Counted from the first letter of the stretch, positions 28,036-38,376 are shown. The stretch is 64,000 nucleotides of DNA from Oscillospiraceae bacterium (GCA_017847835.1 JAGASH010000001.1:7270-71269); one strand, 5' to 3'. A program made the numbers and translations. Notes: generated by a model not told the origin, from the letters alone.

Positions 28036-28944
28036 ATGGAAAAACATAAAATATGGGCTCCAATAGATAAGGTTGAACAAGAGAAGTATCTATATCATTA
28101 TACTTCTTTTGAAAACGCATTAAAAATCCTTTACCATAATACATTGAAATTTTCAAAGTTGAGTGCTTCCAATGATTCATTTGAGCGGAAACCCAAAGTT
28201 AAGTTGGATTGCAAAGATTTAAAGTTGCATCAAATATATTCGTATATCCATGATGGCTTGGAAAAAATTAGATGCAATATAAGAATTCTATGTTTTTCAA
28301 CAGATGCTGACTATGATAAGATTAAAAGTCAATATGTGGAAATGAACTCGTTATTTTCAAAAGATATGATTAGAGAAAATGTGTTGGGGCGAGGATTTGC
28401 ATTGCCAAGGATGTGGGCCCAATATGCAGACAACAATCATGGTGTTTGTTTAGTTTTTGATAAGAAAAAGATTGAAGATTGTATAAAAAAATGCCAAATT
28501 AATTTTTATGGTCAAAATGTAGAATATAAAGCTTATTACCAACCTATTATAATAACAGAAAATCAATTGGATCAAATAATAAAAGGAATTAATACGAACC
28601 CGTTGGATTTTGTAAAACAAATTTCAACAAGCGACTTCAATTATATAGTGTACAACTATTTTACCAAACTTGATGATTGGAGTAGTGAGAACGAATTTAG
28701 ATATATAACATTTAGTGACAGTTCTATTGAGGGTGATGTAGAAATTTCTTCAATTTCATCTGCTCTTTGCGGTATTGTAATTGGTGAAAGAATGGGCGAT
28801 GTTGAAAAATACATTTTAGAATTACTGTTAGCAGATGGATTTAATGAATTACAATTGAAGCAGATTGTTTTTGAAGACTTAACAACTAGAATAAAAGCTA
28901 TCCCTTGTTCGAGTAAAAAGAAAGGAAGTGCGGAGTATGTCTAA
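28036..28944 (+). CDS. DUF2971-family protein
   Basis: YLYHYTS, NDSFE, ILCFS, MWAQYADNNHGVCLVFD, WSSENEFRYI. Confidence 0.82.
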   Translation: MEKHKIWAPIDKVEQEKYLYHYTSFENALKILYHNTLKFSKLSASNDSFERKPKVKLDCKDLKLHQIYSYIHDGLEKIRCNIRILCFSTDADYDKIKSQYVEMNSLFSKDMIRENVLGRGFALPRMWAQYADNNHGVCLVFDKKKIEDCIKKCQINFYGQNVEYKAYYQPIIITENQLDQIIKGINTNPLDFVKQISTSDFNYIVYNYFTKLDDWSSENEFRYITFSDSSIEGDVEISSISSALCGIVIGERMGDVEKYILELLLADGFNELQLKQIVFEDLTTRIKAIPCSSKKKGSAEYV

Positions 28945-30439
28945 AAATAGAAAAAACAGAAAAGAACCGGCGTATCTCAGAAATTTTACTAGAGATGTTT
29001 TACAAAGAAAAATATGGCTCGAAGAAAGCTATGCAAAAGAACACAGCAATACTATCGATGGCTTAAAAGTTTTAACGGAAACTTTAAATAAATACATTCA
29101 AGATTTGAATCTTGAAATTTGTAGGAATATTCCTTACATATCATTAAAGCCAACTACCGGAGCGGATGATGCGGTAAGAATGTTTATTAGACAGCAAGCA
29201 CAATTTGATGAGCCAAGTTTTATGCTTCAGATTGGAGAGCATTATATTGGTCTTACCCATTTTATTGATTTGTTTGTAAGTGAAGGTGTTTTTGAACTTG
29301 ACCATCCTTCAAATGAAGTTTTTGATGCAGAAATTATTTTCAATTCAGACTATACTAGAATGGTCATTATTGATATCTTTCTTGATGTTGCGATGTTTAA
29401 TTCATATTCCTTTCTTCGCGATGCAGATACTGAAGAAAAACAAGCTTTTAGTAAGAAAAAATATGAGTATTTTAGGAGTCATCATTTATCCACTTGCTTT
29501 GATGAAGTTGGTGAAAACCTTGATTATTATTCATTTGCATTTTCTTGCCATGACATATCCGAAGAAACCACTTTTTCGATCAACCTTGAGAAGTATAGGA
29601 ACATTTGGGAAGACTTTATCCATGAGTATTATCCCAATTCTGTCCACAAAGAAAGACCGATTGAACAACAACTTAAAATGAGAGTGGACAAACATTTGCC
29701 AAGTGATTACCACAATGAGTTTGATGATAAAGAACCCGGTATTTATTTTGTGCTTAGATTAAATAGAGCAGATTTGTCTCCTGATATTCATGGACAACTT
29801 CTTCCAATTCTGGGTGGAAAAGATGTGGGGTTTTCTAACCTTAAAATAGTAACTAAAACTGAACTAAGTAAATATGGAAAATTATTAAGGGAGTTGTATA
29901 TCTCTGCATTCAAAGTCGTAAAACAAGAAAAAGACAGCATAAAAAGTGTCGCTAAAAATGAAGAAGCAAAGCCCCAAAAATCGGGAAATAATCACTGTTA
30001 TAAAATAGCGGTTTCTTTTACTTCAAAATATCGGGAAAAATATGTTGAGCCGTTTTGTAATGCGTTGCTCAAATTAGGCTATTCGAAAGATGACATTTTT
30101 TATGACAATTGGCATAAAGTACGTTTTAATGGACCAAACGGCGGCGAAATTATGCAGAATATATACAAGAATGATTGTAGGATGATAGTTGTTCTGCTTT
30201 CCCCCGATTATATTGAAAGAAGGTGGACAGGAATAAATGAATGGCCCGTGATAGAAGGACTCATTAATTCAAGACAGTCAGATAAAATTTGTCTTTTGAG
30301 TGTTGATTCTGTTGATTTGGAATCCATAAGCGCTTATATTAAAACATATGGCATTGTTGAAGATGTTAGTAATATGCGTCCTGATGAAATTGCCAAATTT
30401 ATTAACGATTTCTACAACGACAGAATTATTAGCCACTAA
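28937..30439 (+). CDS. Hypothetical protein with C-terminal TIR domain
   Basis: YKIAVSFTSKYRE...IFYDNW...VVLLSPDYIERRWTGINEW. Confidence 0.8.
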   Translation: MSKNRKNRKEPAYLRNFTRDVLQRKIWLEESYAKEHSNTIDGLKVLTETLNKYIQDLNLEICRNIPYISLKPTTGADDAVRMFIRQQAQFDEPSFMLQIGEHYIGLTHFIDLFVSEGVFELDHPSNEVFDAEIIFNSDYTRMVIIDIFLDVAMFNSYSFLRDADTEEKQAFSKKKYEYFRSHHLSTCFDEVGENLDYYSFAFSCHDISEETTFSINLEKYRNIWEDFIHEYYPNSVHKERPIEQQLKMRVDKHLPSDYHNEFDDKEPGIYFVLRLNRADLSPDIHGQLLPILGGKDVGFSNLKIVTKTELSKYGKLLRELYISAFKVVKQEKDSIKSVAKNEEAKPQKSGNNHCYKIAVSFTSKYREKYVEPFCNALLKLGYSKDDIFYDNWHKVRFNGPNGGEIMQNIYKNDCRMIVVLLSPDYIERRWTGINEWPVIEGLINSRQSDKICLLSVDSVDLESISAYIKTYGIVEDVSNMRPDEIAKFINDFYNDRIISH

Positions 30440-30503
30440 ACACCTTATTGTGGACAATAATAAAACTTCAATTGAAGGAAGCATTGTTTTATGGAGGTAT
30501 AAA

Positions 30504-31184
30504 ATGGGCAGAAAAATTTTTGTATCTTACAAATACGCTGACGATAGTGTAAAGGACCTTGGCAATTGTACTTCAACAGTAAGAGACTATGTTGATAAAT
30601 TTGTGAATATGGTCAATTCAACAATGGATATTTATAAAGGGGAGAACGATGGAGAGGACCTAAGTGACTTGTCTGATGATACTATTTGGGAAAAGCTCAA
30701 GGATAGAATATATGATAGCTCGGTCACTATTGTTTTTATTTCACCCAATATGAGAGAAAAAGGTAAAAGGGATAAGTCACAATGGATTCCGTGGGAGATA
30801 TCATATTCTCTGAAGGAAACATCAAGAAGAGATAAAAGTGGAAAGTCGGTTAAAAGTAAAACAAACGCGATGATTGCAGTTGTGCTTCCTGATAAAAACG
30901 ATGATTATTCATATTATCTCCAAGAAAACATCTGTTGTTCGTCGCGGTGTGTTACACATAGAACAAAGAAACTATTTCAAATATTGAGGGACAATAAATT
31001 TAACCTTAAAAATCCGCGTCAATCTGATTGTGATAATGGCAAAGTAATTTGGCATGGAGACGCATCGTATATCGAAGCGGTGAAATGGTGCGACTTTATA
31101 GAGGATTATAATAAATATATTGACAAGGCGGTAGAAAGGCAAAAAAATCAAGACAATTATGACATCATTACAGAGATTAAATAA
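30504..31184 (+). CDS. thsB: Thoeris ThsB-like TIR protein
   Basis: MGRKIFVSYKY, SSVTIVFISPN, WIPWEISYSL; directly upstream of thsA. Confidence 0.85.
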   Translation: MGRKIFVSYKYADDSVKDLGNCTSTVRDYVDKFVNMVNSTMDIYKGENDGEDLSDLSDDTIWEKLKDRIYDSSVTIVFISPNMREKGKRDKSQWIPWEISYSLKETSRRDKSGKSVKSKTNAMIAVVLPDKNDDYSYYLQENICCSSRCVTHRTKKLFQILRDNKFNLKNPRQSDCDNGKVIWHGDASYIEAVKWCDFIEDYNKYIDKAVERQKNQDNYDIITEIK

Positions 31185-31235
31185 GTGAATAGTTTATAAT
31201 AAATCGCGAGATTTTCTAAGGAAAGGAATGCTTTT

Positions 31236-32681
31236 ATGGATAATGAATTATCGGCATTTATAACCAGATATGTAAAGGAAATTCAAAACAATAATGCTGC
31301 TGTTTTTATTGGGGCAGGTCTCTCTAAAGACGCGGGATTTGTTGATTGGAAAAGCTTATTGGAAAATATGGCGAGCGAATTACGCCTGGATATTTCTAAA
31401 GAGCAAGACCTGGTTGCATTAGCTCAATATTATTGTAACGAAAACGGCAGCCGAAGTATAATAAATGATACAATATTTGAAGAGTTTTCTCGAGAAAGCG
31501 GAATAACCGATAATCATAGGATATTAGCACGGTTACCTATAACCACTTATTGGACAACGAATTATGATACTCTTATTGAGGACGCTTTAGGGGAAGCTCA
31601 GAAGGTTGTTGATGTAAAATACAATAATTCCCATTTTTCTATTACCAAACCTCAAAGAGATGCCATTGTCTATAAAATGCATGGTGATAAAAGCTTGCCG
31701 AATGAAACGGTAATCATAAAGGACGATTACGAGAAGTATTACCGTGACCATGCTCCATTTCTGACTGCTTTAAGCGGAGATTTAATTTCCAAAACATTTT
31801 TGTTTTTGGGATTTAGCTTTTCCGATCCTAATATTGATTACATACTCAGTAGGGTTAGGATTGATTATGGCAAAGAATGTTCAAAGCAGCATTATGCAAT
31901 TATGAGAAATGTACAAGAATCTGATTATCCCGATAATAAAGCCGATTTTGAATATGCAAAGCGCAAGCACGAGCTGTTTGTCTCCGATCTAAAGCGGTAT
32001 AATATCAAGGTGTTGTTAATAGATGAATATGCTGGAATAACTGATATTTTGCGTGAAATTGAAAAGCGTATAAATCGAAAGAACATCTTTATTTCCGGAA
32101 GCGCTGCAGAATATGGAGAATTTACTGAAAAAGAGGCTTCTGAATTCATACAGTTGTTGAGCAAATCTCTTATTCAAAAAGGGTATAATTTGATCTCGGG
32201 ATTTGGTTTGGGTGTTGGAAGTGATGTTATAATCGGAGCTTTAAGCCAAATTTATATGGGCAGTAAAACCATAAATAAAGACAGACTGCTTTTGCGTCCA
32301 TTTCCGCAGGGAATAGAAAACGATGATACGCGCAAAAAACTATGGTCTAAGTACAGGGAGGATATGATTTCAAGAGCTGGCATATCAGTATTCATGTTTG
32401 GAAACAAGAAAGACAGAACGAGCGGAAATGTTGTTAATGCGAGCGGTGTTGAGGATGAATATGAAATTGCAAAACAGAACGGTAATCTAATCATTCCGAT
32501 TGGCTGCACCGGGTATGTTGCAAAAGAAATTTGGAACGAAGTTTTGGAAAATCTCGATGATTTTTACCCCGGAATAGACAGCGAACAATTAAAAAGTGCA
32601 TTTTACAGCTTAAATAATAAATGCGTTCTCGAAAAAATAGTTCAGAACGTGGTTAATTTTATTGTTTTGATTAGCCAGTAG
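31236..32681 (+). CDS. thsA: Thoeris type I effector ThsA (SIR2 NADase + SLOG)
   Basis: VFIGAGLS, WTTNYD, YKMHGD, FLGFSFSDPN (SIR2); IFISGSA, LISGFGLGVG (SLOG/STALD). Confidence 0.92.
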   Translation: MDNELSAFITRYVKEIQNNNAAVFIGAGLSKDAGFVDWKSLLENMASELRLDISKEQDLVALAQYYCNENGSRSIINDTIFEEFSRESGITDNHRILARLPITTYWTTNYDTLIEDALGEAQKVVDVKYNNSHFSITKPQRDAIVYKMHGDKSLPNETVIIKDDYEKYYRDHAPFLTALSGDLISKTFLFLGFSFSDPNIDYILSRVRIDYGKECSKQHYAIMRNVQESDYPDNKADFEYAKRKHELFVSDLKRYNIKVLLIDEYAGITDILREIEKRINRKNIFISGSAAEYGEFTEKEASEFIQLLSKSLIQKGYNLISGFGLGVGSDVIIGALSQIYMGSKTINKDRLLLRPFPQGIENDDTRKKLWSKYREDMISRAGISVFMFGNKKDRTSGNVVNASGVEDEYEIAKQNGNLIIPIGCTGYVAKEIWNEVLENLDDFYPGIDSEQLKSAFYSLNNKCVLEKIVQNVVNFIVLISQ

Positions 32682-32763
32682 AATGTATATGTCAGAGCAT
32701 TTTCTTTGCTATTTCTGTATGGATTAAGGCAATAATCATGATATTTTAGGAGGATATTTTACG

Positions 32764-33348
32764 ATGTTTATAAATAAGGAAATGTTAAGAGAAAGAGTAA
32801 TTTTGGAGCATTCTGAATTTACAAATTGGGAAAACAGAATTTTTATTGAGAACAGACAGCTTTATAACAGAACAGATCAATACGATCTTTTTTTGTCACA
32901 TAGTTATTTAGATAAAGACTTGGTCTATTCTCTTGTTAATCTTTTTAATAAAGCCGGATATAGTGTATATGTTGATTGGATGGTGGACACGCAGCTTGAT
33001 AGGTCAAAGGTTAATGCCGATACAGCTGATCAGCTGCGTACGAGAATGAAGATGTGTAAAGGACTTGCATATGTTTCAACTACTAATATCACACAGTCCA
33101 AATGGTGCCCTTGGGAGTTAGGTTATGTAGACGGAAACAAGAACGGACGCTGTGCGATTATGCCTGTTTTGGAAACAAATGCCGGAAGCTTTACGGGGCA
33201 GGAATATCTTGGATTATACCCCTATATTGATTATGCAGAAGTTGGAAATAGTAATAAGTATGAATTTTGGGTTAATGATCCTAGTGATAAGAAAAAGTAT
33301 GTTAAATTAAGTGATTGGCTAAAGGGAGTTGATCCGCATAACCATTAA
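32764..33348 (+). CDS. thsB: Second ThsB-like TIR protein
   Basis: YDLFLSHSYLD, YSVYVDW, SKWCPWELGY. Confidence 0.85.
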   Translation: MFINKEMLRERVILEHSEFTNWENRIFIENRQLYNRTDQYDLFLSHSYLDKDLVYSLVNLFNKAGYSVYVDWMVDTQLDRSKVNADTADQLRTRMKMCKGLAYVSTTNITQSKWCPWELGYVDGNKNGRCAIMPVLETNAGSFTGQEYLGLYPYIDYAEVGNSNKYEFWVNDPSDKKKYVKLSDWLKGVDPHNH

Positions 33349-33889
33349 TAGAAAAAGCTTTTTAAAGAGTGGAATATACTTACACCTATATCTATTATGA
33401 CTTGAATTAATGTCGAGATATTTCGCAATACCACTGCCGGAGTGATTAACAGCATATTTTGCCCCAGGGATTGTCCTGGGGTAATTTTTCGACTACTTTT
33501 GTGCACGAAAATCAAAAGGCCGAAATGCGTTTTTGATATTCACCAAATCTTTACGAGCCATTTTTTCACACGTGTTGTATTTTTCGCTTTTTTTAAGAAG
33601 ATAGTCATATTAGGCCTAATATGTCTTGCGCTACTCTTTTTTGGAATACACCAGCCGGATTAAAAAAGCTTTATTGACAGAATGGGTTATATTCCCAAAA
33701 ACATGAACACAATATAATTGCAACAAAAAATATACAAGAAGCAGGCAATTCTGGTCTATTTTTGCAGAAAACGCTCTCAAAATATCATATTTTCTTTCGT
33801 TTTTGTTATTTTTTATAACATTTTTTGAAAAAACTATTGACATGATAAATGTTTTTATATATAATTGTATTATAGAAAGGGTGATTAAT

Positions 33890-35221
33890 ATGTTCACATA
33901 TCTGAAACTTCACAATTTTAAGTCCTTTGGAAATATTGAGTTTAATTTCAAAAAAACAAAGAAGGAAACGAAGAAATTTATTGCCATCTATGGAGAAAAT
34001 GGATGCGGAAAGACAAATTTTGTCAGTGCATTTGAATTCCTTTATTCTTCTATGACGGCATTTATGATGAGAAAAGCTTTTGAACAAGTTTTTTCAAATA
34101 GAAGTGAAGACAAAGCATTTACCCCTTTTGCTGAAGCAATTAGGAATAGTATTGTTGACTTTTCGGATTATAGGATGCTGGAATGCACAGAACCAACAGT
34201 TGTTGAATACGGCTTTGAGCACAATGGTACAGATGGCTACTATAAGATTGTGTTCACTGACAGCATAATTGAAGAAGAACTGTATCATCTTATTGGTACC
34301 AGGCGTGGTAAGCTTTTTTCTGTAAAAAAGAAAGATAATGATATTGATATTATAATCAACAATTCGACTTTTTCCGCTGAGTATAAGCAAGAGTTTGAAA
34401 AAGAATTAAAAAAATACTGGGGAAATAATTCCTTTGTGAGCATTTTTTTTAAAGAGCTCAGCGAAAAAAACAAGCTATATATTGATGAAAATGTTTCAAA
34501 ATTATTTACAGAGATAATGATGTCTTTTTTGAATACAGGTGTATTCAAAGTGCAGGATTTAGATATCGGCTCAGTGTTAAGAAAGATAAAATTTCCTGGT
34601 CGTGTTAGACTTATTTCGGCTTCCGGTATAACTGATCCCGACGGTGAAACTGTTCTTGATGAAAATGCTGAGATTATCCGCACCTATTTTACACAGATAT
34701 ACTCAGATGTAAGAAATGTTTATTATGAAAAGAACAAGTATGAGGACCGTATTGAATATAAGCTGCATATTCAAAAGATGATTTCCGGTAAGGTTCGTGA
34801 TGTACTTTTTGATTATGAATCCACAGGAACTAAAAAAACACTTGAGATAATCAACGCAATGGTAGGCGTAATGAATGGCGCTACAGTAATCTACGATGAG
34901 ATTGATGAAGGCATTCACGACCTTCTGATGAAATCAATTGTATCCTCACTTAATAACAGCGCAAAAGGTCAGCTCATAATCACAACCCACAATACCCTGC
35001 TTCTTGAAACAATCGACCCTCAGTCTGCATATGTTATATATGTGGATTGCGATGGCAATAAGGAGGCGCGCTGCTGCGCTGATTACGGAATCAGGGTTCA
35101 AAAGACCAATAATATGCGTAATCAATATCTTAAGGGAATGTTTGGAGGAATTCCTTATGCATCTGACATCGACCTTTCGTACATGACATTTGAGGATGGC
35201 GGTGATGCGGTTGAAGAGTAA
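33890..35221 (+). CDS. AAA/ABC-type ATPase (RloA / AbiLi / AAA_21-like)
   Basis: LHNFKSF, YGENGCGKT, ESTGTKK, IYDEIDEGIH, QLIITTHN. Confidence 0.88.
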   Translation: MFTYLKLHNFKSFGNIEFNFKKTKKETKKFIAIYGENGCGKTNFVSAFEFLYSSMTAFMMRKAFEQVFSNRSEDKAFTPFAEAIRNSIVDFSDYRMLECTEPTVVEYGFEHNGTDGYYKIVFTDSIIEEELYHLIGTRRGKLFSVKKKDNDIDIIINNSTFSAEYKQEFEKELKKYWGNNSFVSIFFKELSEKNKLYIDENVSKLFTEIMMSFLNTGVFKVQDLDIGSVLRKIKFPGRVRLISASGITDPDGETVLDENAEIIRTYFTQIYSDVRNVYYEKNKYEDRIEYKLHIQKMISGKVRDVLFDYESTGTKKTLEIINAMVGVMNGATVIYDEIDEGIHDLLMKSIVSSLNNSAKGQLIITTHNTLLLETIDPQSAYVIYVDCDGNKEARCCADYGIRVQKTNNMRNQYLKGMFGGIPYASDIDLSYMTFEDGGDAVEE

Positions 35222-35819
35222 GTTTCAATGTCAATATTGTAAAGCGCTGGCAGTTGTTCACGGAGCATCAGAACTACAGATAGTACGATATGTGAAAAGC
35301 ATGCTCCACCTCCCATTGGAAATATACAGCAGAGATAATGGTGGAAATAGCATCCAGATTAATGGACTGATGAATATTCTCAACAACTCCAGCGATTTTA
35401 ATAAGCCTAAAAATTTCCTTAAGAAATACAGTAACATTGAAAGCAAGAAGGGAATGCCTGTGAATTTCAAGGTTTTTCCTATTATGGACACCGACGATTG
35501 TGCAGATGACGAAATCCGAGAAGATTATATCGATGGAACGCTTTTTGATGGGCATTGGATGAAGCCTTACTTAAAATCAATATATAATTCTCCTTCGCTT
35601 GAAGATGTCATGTTGGGTTGTGAGCTTATCGAGAGAAAGCCATCTGATAAAGAGAAAACATCGACCTATAAGGAACTATTTCCGATTACAAATTGTAATA
35701 ATACCAATTACGAAGAAATAGAAGAATTGTATAATCGCTTTAAAGGGTGTAACAAAACAAACTTCGAATTGTTTATTGAGTATTGCCTTGAATGGGCACG
35801 AGGCAATAAGATAAAGTAA
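35205..35819 (+). CDS. TOPRIM-like partner protein (RloB / AbiLii-like)
   Basis: VVHGASE and IMDTDD acidic motifs; overlaps the ATPase stop. Confidence 0.65.
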   Translation: MRLKSKFQCQYCKALAVVHGASELQIVRYVKSMLHLPLEIYSRDNGGNSIQINGLMNILNNSSDFNKPKNFLKKYSNIESKKGMPVNFKVFPIMDTDDCADDEIREDYIDGTLFDGHWMKPYLKSIYNSPSLEDVMLGCELIERKPSDKEKTSTYKELFPITNCNNTNYEEIEELYNRFKGCNKTNFELFIEYCLEWARGNKIK

Positions 35820-35906
35820 ACTGAATACCTGTCGAAATCCGAACCCTCCACAGTTCGGGCAGAGGCAGGTATTCCGCATTTTCCCTATAAAAGTTGCGAC
35901 GAAAAT

Positions 35907-36620
35907 TCATTCTTCGCTTGAAAGCCTTTTCTTGACCATTTTATCAAAATCAGAGTTAATCTTCTGCTTTTTGTTGAATTCATCGTACTCGGCTTCGGCT
36001 TTTTTTACGGCAGCTTTGTGCGATACCGAGCCTTTGCCTTCGAGAATATCGTACCTCCTGAATGCCAGAAATTCGTTTATACTCTTTTCAAATTCCGCCA
36101 TAGTGAAAGTGTTTTCGCGTTCAATCAAGTCTTCGATATAATCAAAATTACCGCTGACGGTGCGCTCCAGTTGCCTTATTTGCTTCTCGTCAAGATAGTT
36201 TTTGGCAACGGACACATCGGATTTGAGAACTCTTCCGTCCGGAGCATTCTTCAACGTTGTAAGGCCCATGTGTTCTTTGTTGCTCTTTGAGAATTTACAC
36301 GGTAGCCAACCGAAATAATGGCGTCAAGGTTGTAGATATTTACATCTTTTGTCTGCGTTTTTCCTTCAATAGCGCCGTGCTGAGTGGTTGTTGCAATTTT
36401 TGCAATAACCACTTTTTCATCAAACTCGCCTTCGTCAAATACATTAGCCAACCGAAATAATGGTGTCAAGATTATAGAAAGATAGTTTCCTTTTTACTTC
36501 TCTTTCTACCTCGGTTTGAACTATTTCCATTTTGGATACAGTTGCGTACTCAGTAAGTTCCCCATCTTCATATATGTTGGATAAGTGCTTGTTAATTGCT
36601 TATGTATTCACTCCAAACAT
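35907..36620 (-). pseudogene. rhuM: Mosaic/deleted RhuM-family gene remnant
   Basis: Fragments HLSNIYEDGEL...YNLDTIISVG*, then VFDEGE...YNLDAIISVGYRVNSQRAT, then MGLTT..NAPDGRVLKSDVSVAKNYL, with stops and frameshifts. Confidence 0.75.
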
Positions 36621-36772
36621 TATATAGGGAAAATCCACATAGTAACTATCCCACACCAGGCAAGCCTGGACTTATCCGAGGGTAGGTTCAGGCTTATTTT
36701 TATGTTTTCTCCCGCCGCTGGTTTGAAAATCTATTTTGTCACGATACCACAGCCGGTGCGACCGGCAGCGTA

Positions 36773-36805
36773 TTTCGCCCCTAGATTGTTCTAGGGGCGA
36801 TTTTT
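36773..36805. terminator. Hairpin at the island/backbone boundary
   Basis: tcgcccctag ... ctaggggcga followed by ttttt. Confidence 0.55.
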
Positions 36806-36866
36806 GTTCACGTCCGCCTTCTTTTTCTTCGACAAATCAAAAAAATTTTAAAAAAATTTCCAAATG

Positions 36867-36924
36867 CCTATTGACAAAGTAGGTGAATAGTGTTATAATC
36901 ATATTAGCCTACTAAACAGATAGG
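36867..36924 (+). promoter_or_regulatory. sigma-A promoter with two CCTAY-N7-RTAGG operator boxes
   Basis: TTGACA 36871-17-TATAAT 36894. Palindromes at 36867-36883 and 36908-36924. Confidence 0.75.
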
Positions 36925-36949
36925 AAAATTGAATTTGAGGAGGCTCATT

Positions 36950-37024
36950 ATGAAAAGCCCGCGAATTACCCGAATTTACGAACGATGTATGAAGATTTCC
37001 TCTTTGCGTGAACGAATGTGTTGA
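36950..37024 (+). CDS. Putative leader peptide MKSPRITRIYERCMKISSLRERMC
   Basis: GAGGAGG RBS; sits between the promoter and metY; ends in Met-Cys. Confidence 0.55.
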   Translation: MKSPRITRIYERCMKISSLRERMC

Positions 37025-37074
37025 CGGAGAAAAAGTGAAGTTTAAAAAATTATATTATTCAGGAGGAAATCACA

Positions 37075-38376
37075 ATGTCTGATATTAAAAAACCCGAAAA
37101 CTGGAGCTTTGAAACAAAGCAGCTGCATGTTGGTCAGGAAACCGCTGACCCGACAACCGACGCGAGAGCCGTGCCGATTTACGCGAGCACTTCTTTCGTT
37201 TTCCACAATTCACAGCACGCTGCCGACCGCTTTGGACTGCGCGATGCTGGCAACATTTACGGCAGACTTACAAATCCCACTCAGGATATTTTTGAGCGCA
37301 GAGTTGCCGCTCTCGAAGGCGGTACAGCCGCTCTGGCAACTGCTTCGGGCGCTGCCGCGATAAATTACACAATTCTGGCGCTTGCGAGAAGCGGCGAGCA
37401 TATCGTGGCTTCAAAGACAATCTACGGCGGTACATACAACCTTCTCGCGCACACTCTCCCGCTTTCTTCGGGAATTACCACGACTTTCGTTGACCCCGAC
37501 GAGGAAAATGCTTTTGAGAAGGCAATTCAGCCGAATACCAAGGCAATTTACATCGAAACTCTCGGTAACCCGAATTCAAACATCATCGATATCGAGGAAG
37601 TGGCAAAGGTTGCTCACAAACACGGTATTCCGCTTGTTGTTGACTCGACTTTTGCAACGCCTTACCTTATAAACCCGCTGAAGCACGGCGCAGATATCGT
37701 CGTTCACTCGGCAACAAAGTTTATCGGCGGTCACGGCACGGCAATCGGCGGTGTTATCGTTGACGGCGGCTTTGACTGGGCGGCTTCGGGCAAGTACCCG
37801 TGGATTTCCGAGCCTAACCCGAGCTATCACGGAGTTTCTTTCGCGGCAGCTGCGGGAAGTGCTGCTTTCGTGACTTACATTCGCGCAATTCTGCTTCGTG
37901 ACACGGGCTCGACGCTTTCGCCGTTCCACGCGTTTATCTTTCTGCAGGGACTTGAAACGCTGTCGCTTCGTGTTGAGCGTCACGTTGAAAACGCGCTGAA
38001 AATCGTTGAATATCTCAACAATCACCCGCAGGTTGAAGCGGTTCATCACCCGTCCCTTGAAACCGAGCCGAGCCACAAGCTGTACAAAAAGTACTTCCCG
38101 AACGGAGCGGGCTCGATTTTCACATTTGAAATCAAGGGCGACGACAAAACCGCACAGAAATTTATCGATAATCTCGGCATTTTCTCGCTGCTTGCGAACG
38201 TTGCCGATGTGAAATCACTTGTAATTCACCCCGCGAGCACAACCCACTCGCAGCTCACCGAGGAAGAACTCGCCGAGCAGGGTATCAAACCTAACACTAT
38301 TCGCCTGTCGATAGGCATTGAGAACATAAATGACCTTATTGCGGCGCTTGATGAAGCGTTTAAGGCTGTGCAGTAA
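37075..38376 (+). CDS. metY: O-acetylhomoserine/O-acetylserine sulfhydrylase
   Basis: GNIYGRLTNPT, ASGAAA, HSATKFIGGHG (PLP Lys), IRLSIGIE. Confidence 0.95.
   Translation: MSDIKKPENWSFETKQLHVGQETADPTTDARAVPIYASTSFVFHNSQHAADRFGLRDAGNIYGRLTNPTQDIFERRVAALEGGTAALATASGAAAINYTILALARSGEHIVASKTIYGGTYNLLAHTLPLSSGITTTFVDPDEENAFEKAIQPNTKAIYIETLGNPNSNIIDIEEVAKVAHKHGIPLVVDSTFATPYLINPLKHGADIVVHSATKFIGGHGTAIGGVIVDGGFDWAASGKYPWISEPNPSYHGVSFAAAAGSAAFVTYIRAILLRDTGSTLSPFHAFIFLQGLETLSLRVERHVENALKIVEYLNNHPQVEAVHHPSLETEPSHKLYKKYFPNGAGSIFTFEIKGDDKTAQKFIDNLGIFSLLANVADVKSLVIHPASTTHSQLTEEELAEQGIKPNTIRLSIGIENINDLIAALDEAFKAVQ

Larger units (their letters stand above)
9246..36620. mobile_element. Integrative genomic island: XRE / tyrosine integrase / MazF / triple serine recombinase core plus defence cargo (ends approximate)
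   Basis: Recombinase cluster followed by AT-rich cargo that contains GATC sites. No att sites were identified, so the true ends are uncertain and the left end may lie further upstream. Confidence 0.6.

Noticed and set aside
22968-36805. Similar hairpins tttcgcccc..ggggcg at 22968 and 36773 as possible att sites
   Set aside because: Both are explained as ordinary terminators, and their loop sequences differ.
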